Positions 49,017 to 58,992 are shown, numbered from the stretch's first letter. The stretch is 64,000 bases of DNA from Candidatus Latescibacterota bacterium (GCA_965200315.1 OZ241362.1:192001-256000); one strand, 5' to 3'. A program made the numbers and translations. The notes: generated by a model from the sequence alone, not told the origin.

Positions 49017-49459
49017 GGGGTTGTGAAGAGTAGATATTGAGTTCGGGGAGGAATTACAAAACCTGATCGGTAGCGAGCTCTTTTCTTGACAATTTAGAAA
49101 GTCCCATATTATAGCTACCGCAAGACAAATTCTGACGTTTTGACTTTGAAAAATGTTATGGATTAATAAAAGTTATATGGGAGATGTCCTCAGTAAATAA
49201 ATAAATAAAAAACACCCTAGAAGAATGTATGGTCGGCATAGAGTCTGATAGTCCTCTATTCAATAATTTCTTCCGGCCTCCCTCCACGTTTACTGACGAG
49301 ACTATTACTCCTTATTCGATCCGCTCTCGATCCTAAGATACCTTTTTAACCCCCTCCTTTAGATGGTGCTTGCTTAGAGTAATACGTCATTCTTATAGCT
49401 ATTGTCTCCCAAAAATAGCGATAGTGGCTCAATAGGGCCTTCAAGCTATCGGAAATTTA

Positions 49460-49863
49460 ATGCGACTCCATATTTTCTGTGGCATCTTATTGCTTCATTT
49501 TTTCTGCCCTGCATCTGCAATTGCCGGGCTTGCCCCTGAAGCTTGCGGCGTTTGTCATCTTCCCCGAATTATAGAGTGGAAGGCTTCAAAACACGCTCTA
49601 AAAAAACAAAATGCGAGACCTGCCACGATGAAGGTCATAGTGCTGATGTGATGAGAGCCAGACAATGCGCACGTTGCCATACTAAGGATTTGGTTTTCTT
49701 GGTGCAAAAAGCTAACTTTGCTCCTTGGGAACCTCATGATTTGGAACTCACACAACAAGCACTGTCAATGAAACAGATAGGTTACAGGCTGATTGCTGTC
49801 AGCGTCCTCCTGTTGGCTATTTATGGAGTATTCAGGAAATACAGAAAACGAGAGCGTGTGTAG
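49460..49863 (+). pseudogene. Triheme cytochrome c split by a -1 frameshift at an A7 run (49600-49606)
   Basis: Signal peptide, CGVCH and 'W..SKHA' in frame 1; CETCH, CARCH and a C-terminal TM anchor in frame 2; AT-rich. Confidence 0.75.
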
Positions 49864-52084
49864 CCCGGCGTCGATTTTTGAGCCGCGCACCGGCCAGCGC
49901 GAGATTTTGGCCTACCAAGGCGGTCTGCTGGGCGTGTCGGCCGTGCCCGGCAGCGGCAAGACCACCGCGATTGTCGCCTTGGCGACTCGGATGATCGCCG
50001 CAAGGCGCGCCGAGGGCGGGCAAGTGCTTATAGTGACCTACCAAAACGCAGCCGTGGACAATGTCCGCGCCCGCATCGGCCAGCACCTGCAAGAAATGGA
50101 CTTGCTCCAAGTCGGCTACGACGTGCGGACCTTGCACAGCTTGGCCTACGGCATCGTCCAAGCCAATCCCGGGCTGGTGGGGGCCGCCGAATTTACGGTC
50201 CTCGACGAGCGCGCCAGCGAGAGTTTGCTCGACAAGGCGGTGCGGAGCTGGAACGACGACAACAAGAGGGTGTGGGGTCGGTTGGGGCCTGGGGAATACG
50301 TAGATCAGCGGTGGGAGCAGGAGTGGCGCGACATTGCGCGGAAAGTCGCCCGCACACTCATCACCACGGCCAAGAACCGCCGGTTGCGGGCCGAGGACCT
50401 CTTGGCGCGGATCGGTGGCCGGGACGACAGAAACCAGTTTTTGCGGATCGGCGCGGAAATCTACCGGCTCTACCAGCAGCAGGTGGAGACCATCGGCGGC
50501 CTCGACTTCGACGACTTGGTGTGGATGGCCGTAGAGATGTTGCAGCAGTACCCGGATTTGTGCAGCCGCTACCGCCGGCGTTGGCCCTTCGTCTTGGAGG
50601 ACGAGGCGCAAGACAGCGTCCCCTTGCAGGAGGAGCTGATTGCGCTGTTGGTGGGGCCGGGCGGCAATTGGATTCGGGTCGGCGATCCCAATCAGGCGAT
50701 TATGAGCACCTTCACCGCGGCCGATCCGCGCTATTTGCGCGACTTCTTGGATCGGGAAGACGTCGCGGTCGCAGAGATGACGATTTCTGGTCGTTGTGCC
50801 CCCAAGATCATGGATTTGGCCAATTTTCTGGTCGAGTGGGCCGCGGTCGAACACCCGCTAGCCGAGGTGCGCCAGCGCACTTTCCGGCCCCAGCAGATGC
50901 ATCCCACCGACCGCGGCGACCCTCAGCAAAACCCCGCGGATGCCGATAGTGCCATAGGGTTCCGCGAATACAACAACCGCCACGATGAATTCGACAGCAT
51001 TGCGCGGCGAGCCAAGGGCTTTGCCGAGCGCAATCCGAGCTTGACGGTAGCGGTGTTGGTGCCGACCAACCGCATCGGCTACGACATGGCCGAACGCTTG
51101 CGCCAAGCCGGAGCGGACTTCGACGAGGTGCTGCAAAGCCCGCGCTCGGCGCGACGGGTGGGCGAGGCGCTGTGTGCAGTGTTGGATTTTCTTTCAGAGC
51201 CTTTGGGGCGCAATCAGTTAGAGCGATCCTATCGCGCTTTGGTCGGCTTTTGGCCTGGGCCGAGTGGGCCGGGTAATGAGGAGGCCGTGGCCATGCTGTT
51301 GCGGAGTTGCTATCGGCCCGAAGCGCTGCTCTACCCAGAGGGCGGTAAGCGCATGGAGGAGGCCCTGCCCCCGGTGGATCACATCGAACCGCAGGATTTG
51401 GAAGCTATTGAGCTCCTGTGTGGTTATCTGCGGCGCTGGCTGCGGGCGGTCGAGCTGCCGGTGGATCAGCTTTTGATGACGGTCGCCCAAGATTTGCTAG
51501 TAGAGGAAGTAGATATGGCGCGGGCGCAGCAACTAGCGGTCTATGTGCGCATCCGCGCCGACCAAAACACAGACTGGCAGTTGCCCGAATTAGTGCGCGA
51601 ACTGAGCGAGGCCGTGCAGGGCCGAGCGGGCGCGCTCGCCGAGGCCGAGGCCGCATTGGGACCTCAGCCGCGGCGGATTTTCCTGACGACCATGCACAAG
51701 GCCAAGGGGATGGAGTGGGATTTAGTTTATGTCATGGGGGTTGATGGCGATTGGTTTCCCCACGACCTCGACGCGCGGTTTTTGGGCGAGTACGAATTTT
51801 TAGGCGGCGATCCCTGCGAGGATGCAAAGGCCGAGCTGTTGGACCTGCTCGGCGAAATCGGGTCGAGCCGACTGTCGGCCACTGATCGTTCGCACGCCGA
51901 GGTGATCGCCGAGCGACTGCGGCTACTCTACGTGGCCATTACCCGGGCGCGGCGCTATTTGGTCTTGAGCTGGAGTCGCCAAATTCCGCGCGCCACGCGG
52001 ATGCAGCCCGCGCCCATGGCCGAGGTGTTCCGCCAGTTGCAGCTCTATTGCGAGCAGCAGGGCGGCAGTCGAAGTTCTGGATAA
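49856..52084 (+). CDS. UvrD/PcrA-like SF1A helicase
   Basis: 'AVPGSGKT', 'EDEAQD', 'VGDPNQAI', 'TMHKAKGMEWD', 'LLYVAITRA'; start uncertain. Confidence 0.9.
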   Translation: MCSPASIFEPRTGQREILAYQGGLLGVSAVPGSGKTTAIVALATRMIAARRAEGGQVLIVTYQNAAVDNVRARIGQHLQEMDLLQVGYDVRTLHSLAYGIVQANPGLVGAAEFTVLDERASESLLDKAVRSWNDDNKRVWGRLGPGEYVDQRWEQEWRDIARKVARTLITTAKNRRLRAEDLLARIGGRDDRNQFLRIGAEIYRLYQQQVETIGGLDFDDLVWMAVEMLQQYPDLCSRYRRRWPFVLEDEAQDSVPLQEELIALLVGPGGNWIRVGDPNQAIMSTFTAADPRYLRDFLDREDVAVAEMTISGRCAPKIMDLANFLVEWAAVEHPLAEVRQRTFRPQQMHPTDRGDPQQNPADADSAIGFREYNNRHDEFDSIARRAKGFAERNPSLTVAVLVPTNRIGYDMAERLRQAGADFDEVLQSPRSARRVGEALCAVLDFLSEPLGRNQLERSYRALVGFWPGPSGPGNEEAVAMLLRSCYRPEALLYPEGGKRMEEALPPVDHIEPQDLEAIELLCGYLRRWLRAVELPVDQLLMTVAQDLLVEEVDMARAQQLAVYVRIRADQNTDWQLPELVRELSEAVQGRAGALAEAEAALGPQPRRIFLTTMHKAKGMEWDLVYVMGVDGDWFPHDLDARFLGEYEFLGGDPCEDAKAELLDLLGEIGSSRLSATDRSHAEVIAERLRLLYVAITRARRYLVLSWSRQIPRATRMQPAPMAEVFRQLQLYCEQQGGSRSSG

Positions 52085-52105
52085 ACGTAGAATCAGGAGG
52101 CCAAC

Positions 52106-52720
52106 ATGGACAAAGTTTTTATCTATTGGGACGACTCCAACATTTTCATCAGTGCTCAGCAAGTGGCTATTGAACGAGAAGGCGAAGCCGTGCGCTCTCG
52201 GGTGCGCATTCACTTTCGCAATTTGCTGGAATTGGCGCGGGCCGGGCGAGACATTGAGCACGCTGTCGCTGTTGGCTCCATTCCACCGGAGTTGCGACAG
52301 GTGTGGAATCGCTTGGAAAACGAAGGCGTCCCCGTCCACTTACTAGAACGCGGTGCCATGCAGGGGCGGGAACAGGGAGTGGACCAAGTGTTGCAAACCG
52401 CGATGCTGCGCGATGGATTCGATTACAACGGCGATCCGGGCATTGCGGTACTGCTCACCGGGGACGGGGCTGGCTTTGACGATGGCGTTGGCTTTCACGC
52501 CGACTTAGAGCGCATGCGCCGCCGCGGCTGGCGCATTGAAGTAGTGTCGTGGCGGCATAGTTGCAATCGCCGGATGCGAGAATGGGCCGAAGAGAATGGT
52601 CAATTTATTGCGTTGGATGATTTTTACGATAGTGTAACGTTTCTCGAGCGGCCCGCCCCGGGCGAACCCATAGCACCTCCGCGCTATGCGGTGCCGGTTG
52701 ACCTCGACCAGTGCCGATGA
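52106..52720 (+). CDS. NYN-domain (PIN-like) nuclease
   Basis: 'IYWDDSNI', 'EQGVDQ', 'LLTGDG', 'GWRIEVVSW'. Confidence 0.85.
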   Translation: MDKVFIYWDDSNIFISAQQVAIEREGEAVRSRVRIHFRNLLELARAGRDIEHAVAVGSIPPELRQVWNRLENEGVPVHLLERGAMQGREQGVDQVLQTAMLRDGFDYNGDPGIAVLLTGDGAGFDDGVGFHADLERMRRRGWRIEVVSWRHSCNRRMREWAEENGQFIALDDFYDSVTFLERPAPGEPIAPPRYAVPVDLDQCR

Positions 52721-53520
52721 TACCGCAAGGATTCCAGTACAGCCAGAGCAGTCTGACGGCTTTTGAGCGCTGTCGGCGGCAGTTTCTGTTGCGCTATGTC
52801 GAGCGGTTGGCGTGGCCAGCGCCACTGACCGACCAACTCGACGAGTGGGAGGCAGCAGCCGACCGCGGGCGGTCGTTCCACCAGTTCGTGCTGCAGGAGA
52901 GCTTGGGCATGGATGTGGAAGACGCAGTGCAGCGCAGCCGCGACCCGCTGTTAGCCGCTTGGTGGCGCAATTGGCGCGAGCAGCCGCCGGTGGTGCCCGA
53001 GGGGGCCATGTTCGGAGAAACCATGCTTTCCGTGCCCCTAGCGGGTCGGCGTCTAGTCGCTAAGTTCGACCGCGTGGTCTTAGCCGACGATGGCCGCGCT
53101 TGGATATTCGACTGGAAGACCGGCCGCAAAAAGCCAGCGCAAGCCGCATACTTCCAAAGCTGGCAAACGCTGGTCTATCGCTTTGTGTTGGTCGAGGCCG
53201 GTGCGGTCTTGAACGATGGCCGCGCCCTCGCGCCCGACGACGTGACGTTGGTCTATTGGCACGCTCAGTATCCGCAGGCTCTGCAGCCGATTGCCTATTC
53301 GGCTGCCGAGCACGAGCGGTCGCGTGCGCTTTTGTCAGAGGCAATCGCCGCCATCGAAACTCTGCCAGACGCGGATGCGTTTGCCAAAACCGACGACGAA
53401 GGCGAGTGCCGGCGCTGCGAATTTCACACCTATTGCAACCGGTCGGCGGCGCGGAGCGACGATTGGGACATCGACGATGATGAGTTGGAGTGGGAGCAGA
53501 TTCCCGAAGCAGAGCTTTGA
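52717..53520 (+). CDS. Stand-alone PD-(D/E)XK nuclease, AddB/Cas4-like with Fe-S ligands
   Basis: 'SQSSL..FERCRRQF', 'G..FH', 'AKFD...IFDWKT', 'QTLVY', 'CRRCEFHTYC'. Confidence 0.85.
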   Translation: MIPQGFQYSQSSLTAFERCRRQFLLRYVERLAWPAPLTDQLDEWEAAADRGRSFHQFVLQESLGMDVEDAVQRSRDPLLAAWWRNWREQPPVVPEGAMFGETMLSVPLAGRRLVAKFDRVVLADDGRAWIFDWKTGRKKPAQAAYFQSWQTLVYRFVLVEAGAVLNDGRALAPDDVTLVYWHAQYPQALQPIAYSAAEHERSRALLSEAIAAIETLPDADAFAKTDDEGECRRCEFHTYCNRSAARSDDWDIDDDELEWEQIPEAEL

Positions 53521-53526
53521 CGCTAA

Positions 53527-55008
53527 TCAGCCTTTGAGCGCACCGAGCTGGATGCCGCGCACGAAGAACCGCTGGCCGAAAACAAAGAGCACGATCATCG
53601 GAAGCATCATCAGGACGCTCCCTGTCATCAACAGCGAGTAGTTGGTCCCCTGTGAAGAGTCGAAGTAGCGCAGGGCCACCGGCAGGACTCGCATGTGTTC
53701 GGAGTGGGTGACGATCAGTGGCCAGGTAAAGGACTGCCAAGTGCCCATAAAAGAGAAGATGGAGAGGGTGATCAACGCCGGCTTGGACAAGGGCATGACG
53801 ATGGTCCAGAAGGTCTTCCAGAGGTTGGCGCCGTCGATTTCAGCAGCCTCTTCCAGCCCCCTCGGCAGCCCAGTCATAAACTGGCGCATCATAAAGGTGC
53901 CAAAAGCAGTGAACATGGCTGGGATGATGAGTGCTTGGAACGAATCGAGCCAGCCGAGGCTTTTGAGGATCACGTAGTTGGGAAGCAAGGTGACAATCCC
54001 GGGAACCATCAAGGTGGCCAAGTAGAGCAGGAAGACGGCGTCTCGGTAGCGCCATTCGAGGCGGGCAAAGGCAAAGCCGGCCATGGCCGAAGTAACCACT
54101 TGGCCGACCATTACGCAGACGGCGACAAAAAGGCTGTTCCAGCCATAGAGCGAGAACTTGATGTCCTTGTCGCGCAAGACCCGGATGTAGTTGGACCACA
54201 TGAAGCGTGACTCGCTAATTTTCAACACGTCGCTGCCGTATGCGATGCGCAGCTCGTCCTCTCCGGGGAAACGGGCGTAGAGGACGTCGCCTCCGGCTTT
54301 TTCCGTCAGCGGGTCGTTATCGCTTCTGAGCAAGGGAGAAGCCGAGCGAAAGGGCATGGTGTTGCCGTCGGCGTCGAGAATTGGCTCTTTGGCTTGGATG
54401 TCCAAAACCGGGTCCCCGACGCGGTCCCAGGAAATGTCGCGGTACGTGTAGGGTGTGCCGTCGGTGCGCAACAGTGGAGTGCCATCGGCAAGCTCGACTG
54501 AAGCTGGCGGTAGCTGCTCGGCCGTGCGCCAACTCTGGCGCTGCTGTATGAGCCGCTTCTGCCACTTGTGGCGCAGAGTTTCGGTCAACAGCAGGGGGGC
54601 ACCTTCGACGAGAATCGGATTCCAGCGGTTTTTGTACACGGCGATGCCGCCGCGCTCTTCGACGTTCTTGCCGGGGATGGGCTGACCTTCCGGATCGTAG
54701 ATCAGGCGGCCCTGATGGTCGCGGATGGGGTCGCCGGGGGCACCGAGTATTACTGGGTTGCCGAGGGTGATGCGGATTGGCCCGCCTTGGGCGTCGAGCA
54801 GCGGTTGGCCATCGCGGGTCCGCAGCAGGTCGCCTTCGTTGCCGAGGCGCACTTCCTGCGGCCAGACGTGGCTCTGGAAGACCTCGTTTTCGCTCTTGAG
54901 CGAGGTGAGCACCATCCACAGGAACGGCACGAGCGTGGTAAAGCCGAAGAGGACGAGCAGCCCGTGGCTCAGCGAGTGGAGCGCAGTCGTGCGCGCAACT
55001 TTAGCCAT
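53527..55008 (-). CDS. Carbohydrate ABC permease (MalG-type) with a large extracytoplasmic insertion
   Basis: 'PFLWMVLTSLK', 'LEEAAEIDGA', 'QRFFVRGI'. Confidence 0.9.
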   Translation of the reverse strand: MAKVARTTALHSLSHGLLVLFGFTTLVPFLWMVLTSLKSENEVFQSHVWPQEVRLGNEGDLLRTRDGQPLLDAQGGPIRITLGNPVILGAPGDPIRDHQGRLIYDPEGQPIPGKNVEERGGIAVYKNRWNPILVEGAPLLLTETLRHKWQKRLIQQRQSWRTAEQLPPASVELADGTPLLRTDGTPYTYRDISWDRVGDPVLDIQAKEPILDADGNTMPFRSASPLLRSDNDPLTEKAGGDVLYARFPGEDELRIAYGSDVLKISESRFMWSNYIRVLRDKDIKFSLYGWNSLFVAVCVMVGQVVTSAMAGFAFARLEWRYRDAVFLLYLATLMVPGIVTLLPNYVILKSLGWLDSFQALIIPAMFTAFGTFMMRQFMTGLPRGLEEAAEIDGANLWKTFWTIVMPLSKPALITLSIFSFMGTWQSFTWPLIVTHSEHMRVLPVALRYFDSSQGTNYSLLMTGSVLMMLPMIVLFVFGQRFFVRGIQLGALKG

Positions 55009-55020
55009 GCGCCTTGCCCC

Positions 55021-56178
55021 TCAGTTGACTGCGCCCCGACCGAAGCGCCAGTTGAACAGCGTGATGGTGAATATGATGACAAACATAAACCAAGCTACGG
55101 CGGCCGCGTACCCGAACTCTAGGTTTTCAAAGGCCGAGCGATAGATGTAGTAGCCGAGCGTTACGGTGTTGTCCCCGTCCTTGCCCGGGCCGCCATTGGT
55201 CATCAAGTAAGCGATCTCAAAGCCTCCTTGCAGCCCGCCGATAATAGACATGACACAGATAAAGAAGGTCGTCGGGGCGATCATCGGCCACGTGATGTGC
55301 CAAAATTGCTGCCACCGCGAGGCTCCGTCGATGTCCGAGGCTTCGTATAGCTCCTCGGGCACATTGGCGAGGGCCGCGAGGTAGAGGATCATGTTGCCCC
55401 CGCCCATGGACGCCCAGATGCCCATAAAAATGATGGCTGTCTTGGCCCAGTAGGCAGCTTGCTCTAGGCCGAGCCAAGACAGCCAGCCCAAATCGACGCT
55501 ACTGGAAAGCCAATTGGGCAAGTCGTCGATGCTGTTGAGACCCGACAGCAAGGCCATGCGCCCCGATAGCCAAGCCCAAGGACCGCCGTATTCGTAGAGG
55601 CCGCTGACGATCCAGTAGAGCGTGGCTACTGAAAGAAGCGCGAACAGGACTTGGGTCGGCCGTTCGGACATAGCCTTGCGCACGAGGGATTGCAGGGCCA
55701 AACCTACCAGCACGAGGATCGCCACGCGCACGGCGAGCGAGAAGTAGGGCCAAGAGAGCACGGGCAACAGGATCGAATTGACGAGACCGTACTTGGGGTT
55801 GTAAAGCCACTTCCAGAGCAAGAACAGCGCGACCCCATTGGTGACGGTGGGGAGGTAGAAGACGGTGCGATAGACGATGATGCCGCGCAGCTTTTGCGAG
55901 AGGACGATGGCCAATATGAGCGAGCCGCCGATGGACAGGGGCAAGCCTACCATGAGAAAGACCGTGTTGTAGAGATAAAACCAGAGCTTGGGGTCGGTCA
56001 GTAGCCGAATAAAGTTGTCGAAGCCAATGAAGCGGGGCGCGGAGAACGTGTCCCACTGAAAGAACGCGAGGCCAAAGGAAAAAAACACCGGCAGGGACGT
56101 GAAGATCAAAAACCCGGTCAGATTGGGCGCGAGGAAGAGCAGCGCCCAGCGCAGAATTCTCTTTTCGCGAGGTTTCAA
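55021..56178 (-). CDS. Carbohydrate ABC permease (MalF-type)
   Basis: 'FLAP', 'LYEASDIDGA..WQQFWHITWP', 'FGYAAA'. Confidence 0.9.
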   Translation of the reverse strand: MKPREKRILRWALLFLAPNLTGFLIFTSLPVFFSFGLAFFQWDTFSAPRFIGFDNFIRLLTDPKLWFYLYNTVFLMVGLPLSIGGSLILAIVLSQKLRGIIVYRTVFYLPTVTNGVALFLLWKWLYNPKYGLVNSILLPVLSWPYFSLAVRVAILVLVGLALQSLVRKAMSERPTQVLFALLSVATLYWIVSGLYEYGGPWAWLSGRMALLSGLNSIDDLPNWLSSSVDLGWLSWLGLEQAAYWAKTAIIFMGIWASMGGGNMILYLAALANVPEELYEASDIDGASRWQQFWHITWPMIAPTTFFICVMSIIGGLQGGFEIAYLMTNGGPGKDGDNTVTLGYYIYRSAFENLEFGYAAAVAWFMFVIIFTITLFNWRFGRGAVN

Positions 56179-57884
56179 GCGTCCATCTCCGCGCGTTGCC
56201 GCCGTGCGTAAAACGCTAGGCCAACGCCGATTGCCGCTAGAAGGACCGCGATTCCGAGGAGATCGAGCACGTGGCTGCGGCTGGAGAGTGTGCTGTTGCG
56301 CTTGGCCTTGGCCAAGGACTCGCGCATGCGGACGGACATTTCGCGGACGGCCGCTTGGCCGACCGTGGGGTTGCTCACCGCGCTCTGGTGGGGCTGGCGG
56401 CCGAGAAATCGGTAGGTCTGGCGGGCTGTTGAGTCGGCGGGCTGGTAAGCCGCGTTGATGAGGTTGGTACCCAGTGCGCCCTGCAACCGGGTAATGTCAA
56501 AAGCAGCTCCGTAGGCCGCGGCCTGCTCTGCGACGGGGTGTTCCATGGCGTCGAGGAGGGCCGAGCGGTGTTGGTCTTCATTGGGGAATTCGGGGTCGGG
56601 CTGAGAGAAGTAGCGCACTGAGAACTGCTTGCGACTGCCGAAGGCGTCTGCGTCCTTGGTCAACAAGTTGTTGAAATCCGGGCTGGACAAGTATTCCAAA
56701 AAGTAAAAAGCCTCCCGCTCGTGCTGCGTGCCCTTGCGGATGGCCGTCACGCGTCCGCCCATCTCGCCCGCCTTGCCCCGGTGGCGGCCGGTCCCGCTGA
56801 TTTCGCCCCAAGGGCCGTCGCGCCGGCTCGGATTGGCGCGGACCTCGGGATCGCTCATCCAGCGCTCCCATTCCTCATAGGGCACGTAGCGGGGCATGGG
56901 GTAAATCTCGGTGGTAAAGCGGGCCTCGCGGCGCACCTTAATAAGCCCCCAGCGGCCGATGAGGATAGTGCCCAGTTTGCCTGCCGAATACAGCCCTAAG
57001 ATGGATTGCCCGCCCCAACCGCCCCCACCTGTTTGCGCGGATTGATCTTCGGCCGAGGGCACGACGTGGAAGGTGTTGACGAGGTCGTATAGGTATTGGG
57101 CGGCTGTGGCACCGGCTGGCGAATCGAGGGCGATTTTGGTGCCATCGTCGTTGAGGAAGCTGCCACCGGCCTGATAGATGAAGTTGTTCAGCCCTCCGCC
57201 GAAACCGGCCCCGCCCGAGCCAAAGGTCTCATAGCGCCGGCCATCGGCGCTCTTTTTGGTGAGGGCTTGGCACAAGAGGACGTAGTCCCACCAAGTCCAG
57301 TGGTTCCACGGCAAGGGCGGCATGGCCAAGTTCTGCGCCTGACGCTCGCGCTGGACTGCGTCGTAGAGCGAGCGGTTGAGAAAGGTAACGCTGACGGTGA
57401 CGTTGTTGGGGACGGCAAAGATGCTAAAGTGCTCGTATTCGTCGGCCTCGGCTGGCGCACCGGCCACGGATACGGCGAGGGCGTTGCGCCGGTGCAGCCA
57501 GAAGTCGTCGAGGCTTAGCTTGGCCTCTTGCATGTAGTCGTTCAGTTCGACCATGACGCCCTTAGAGGCATAGAGCGCAAAGGTCGCATAGCTATAAATA
57601 TCGAAAACGTCCGGGCCGGAGCCAGCCGCGGCTTGGGTGAGAATTTTTTGCACATCCGCGCTCGGGTCGAGGACGACGCGCACTTTTTTGTCTTCGTAGA
57701 GCCGGTTGAAGAGGGCCATTTGTTCGGTGCGCGCCGGATTGGGGTCGGAGGCCCAGCGGATGACGGTGTACTCGCCGCCTGCGGACGGGTCGGCTGGATA
57801 GACGGATAAGCCCCAGCGGTTGAGGGCGTACCAACCGACCAAGATCAGGGCGAGGACGGCGATAGTCGTAGATAGATCGCGCAA
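56175..57884 (-). CDS. Sugar ABC solute-binding protein with N- and C-terminal TM segments
   Basis: 'AAGSGPDVF', 'AVP...FLNRSLYD', 'WTW.DY'; hydrophobic ends. Confidence 0.8.
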   Translation of the reverse strand: MRDLSTTIAVLALILVGWYALNRWGLSVYPADPSAGGEYTVIRWASDPNPARTEQMALFNRLYEDKKVRVVLDPSADVQKILTQAAAGSGPDVFDIYSYATFALYASKGVMVELNDYMQEAKLSLDDFWLHRRNALAVSVAGAPAEADEYEHFSIFAVPNNVTVSVTFLNRSLYDAVQRERQAQNLAMPPLPWNHWTWWDYVLLCQALTKKSADGRRYETFGSGGAGFGGGLNNFIYQAGGSFLNDDGTKIALDSPAGATAAQYLYDLVNTFHVVPSAEDQSAQTGGGGWGGQSILGLYSAGKLGTILIGRWGLIKVRREARFTTEIYPMPRYVPYEEWERWMSDPEVRANPSRRDGPWGEISGTGRHRGKAGEMGGRVTAIRKGTQHEREAFYFLEYLSSPDFNNLLTKDADAFGSRKQFSVRYFSQPDPEFPNEDQHRSALLDAMEHPVAEQAAAYGAAFDITRLQGALGTNLINAAYQPADSTARQTYRFLGRQPHQSAVSNPTVGQAAVREMSVRMRESLAKAKRNSTLSSRSHVLDLLGIAVLLAAIGVGLAFYARRQRAEMDA

Positions 57885-57920
57885 GGAAAAACCCGTTGAG
57901 GATGCGAGGCGAAAGGGCCA

Positions 57921-57948
57921 ATTGTAAAAAAAAATGTAGGATTGTCAA
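57921..57948 (-). promoter_or_regulatory. sigma70 promoter of the ABC operon
   Basis: Minus strand TTGACA-N16-TACAAT. Confidence 0.7.
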
Positions 57949-58012
57949 TGCAGTAGAGGGTAACGCTATTTAATAACTATTATAAAACAATAATAATAAA
58001 TAACAAAATAGC

Positions 58013-58041
58013 TTGACATGTATGGGAACAGTGCATAGATT
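58013..58041 (+). promoter_or_regulatory. sigma70 promoter with AT-rich UP element
   Basis: TTGACA-N17-TAGATT; A/T tract at 57968-58010. Confidence 0.7.
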
Positions 58042-58095
58042 GAGCACTTCGTCTCTCGCCCTATTAACCTTGAACCTTGCCAAAGGAGGCTTCCC

Positions 58096-58992
58096 TTGAA
58101 GAGACTGAGTCTTCTCGCTTTGATTGCGGTGATGGCTGCTTCGGCTGCTTTCGCGCACCAAGCTAATTATTTCATGCCGCAGATTCCCAACCCCGACAAC
58201 ATGGTCGTCGACGGCAACGACGACGACTGGGGTTGGATTGATCCGGCTTTCGCCATCAACCCGGACACCATGTTCGAGATTCTCGGTAGTGAGTGGCCCC
58301 CGGCCAAAGACGACTGGGACTGCATTCTCTACGTGGCTTGGAGCTCGTCCCCCGACAATTCGCTTTACTACTTTGCTCGGGTTACCGATGACTCGCTGGG
58401 CCTCTTCGTCGAGAACCCCCAGGAGTATTGGAAGGACGACTCGCTGGAAATCATCATCGATGCCGACCACTCGAGTGAGAATTTCAACGAGACCGAGATG
58501 ACCTCCGGCCAGCAGTACGGTATCCGCGTTTTGCCCGCCGCTGGTCAGAAGGACACTTGGATCTTCAACGTGCCGCAGGAGAGCATCCTGTGGTCCACCG
58601 AGCGTCCTTGGTTCGTCTATGAGTGGACGCTCGATCCGCCGGACGCCCGCCCGATGGAGCAGCCCGCTGGTAGCTCGGTGACCTATACTTACGAGGTCAA
58701 GCAAGCTGTGTGGACCTTCCACGACAAGACGGGTCCCGATGGCAGCGCCCGCCACAACTTCGCCCCCGACCAGATCATCGGTCTGACCTTCCAGTTTGAC
58801 GAGACCGAGAATCCCGAAGCGGGCCGCGAAAAACAGCCGGGCACGACGCCGGTCAACGGCGCGTTCCAAGACAACTCAAACGGCTCGGACTTCATCACGG
58901 TGGAGACCGAAGGGGCTACGGGTGGTACAGGCGGCACGACGGCAGTCGAGGCCGATAGCTGGGGTCGGATCAAAAGCTACATGGTCCAATAA
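58096..58992 (+). CDS. Secreted CBM9/DOMON-like protein with a C-terminal TAVExxSWGxIK motif
   Basis: Signal peptide, 'VDG..DDW', 'LYYFARVTDD', 'DSLEIIIDAD', Gly/Thr linker, then TAVEADSWGRIKS. Confidence 0.7.
   Translation: MKRLSLLALIAVMAASAAFAHQANYFMPQIPNPDNMVVDGNDDDWGWIDPAFAINPDTMFEILGSEWPPAKDDWDCILYVAWSSSPDNSLYYFARVTDDSLGLFVENPQEYWKDDSLEIIIDADHSSENFNETEMTSGQQYGIRVLPAAGQKDTWIFNVPQESILWSTERPWFVYEWTLDPPDARPMEQPAGSSVTYTYEVKQAVWTFHDKTGPDGSARHNFAPDQIIGLTFQFDETENPEAGREKQPGTTPVNGAFQDNSNGSDFITVETEGATGGTGGTTAVEADSWGRIKSYMVQ

Noticed and set aside
49150-49178. Zur/Fur-like box AAATGTTAT
   Set aside because: Only a half-site; the palindromic partner is missing
49229-49348. 39-aa ORF containing FFRPPP as another arrest peptide
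   Set aside because: No signal region or Cys/His motif, the proline motif is mid-ORF, and there is no clear RBS
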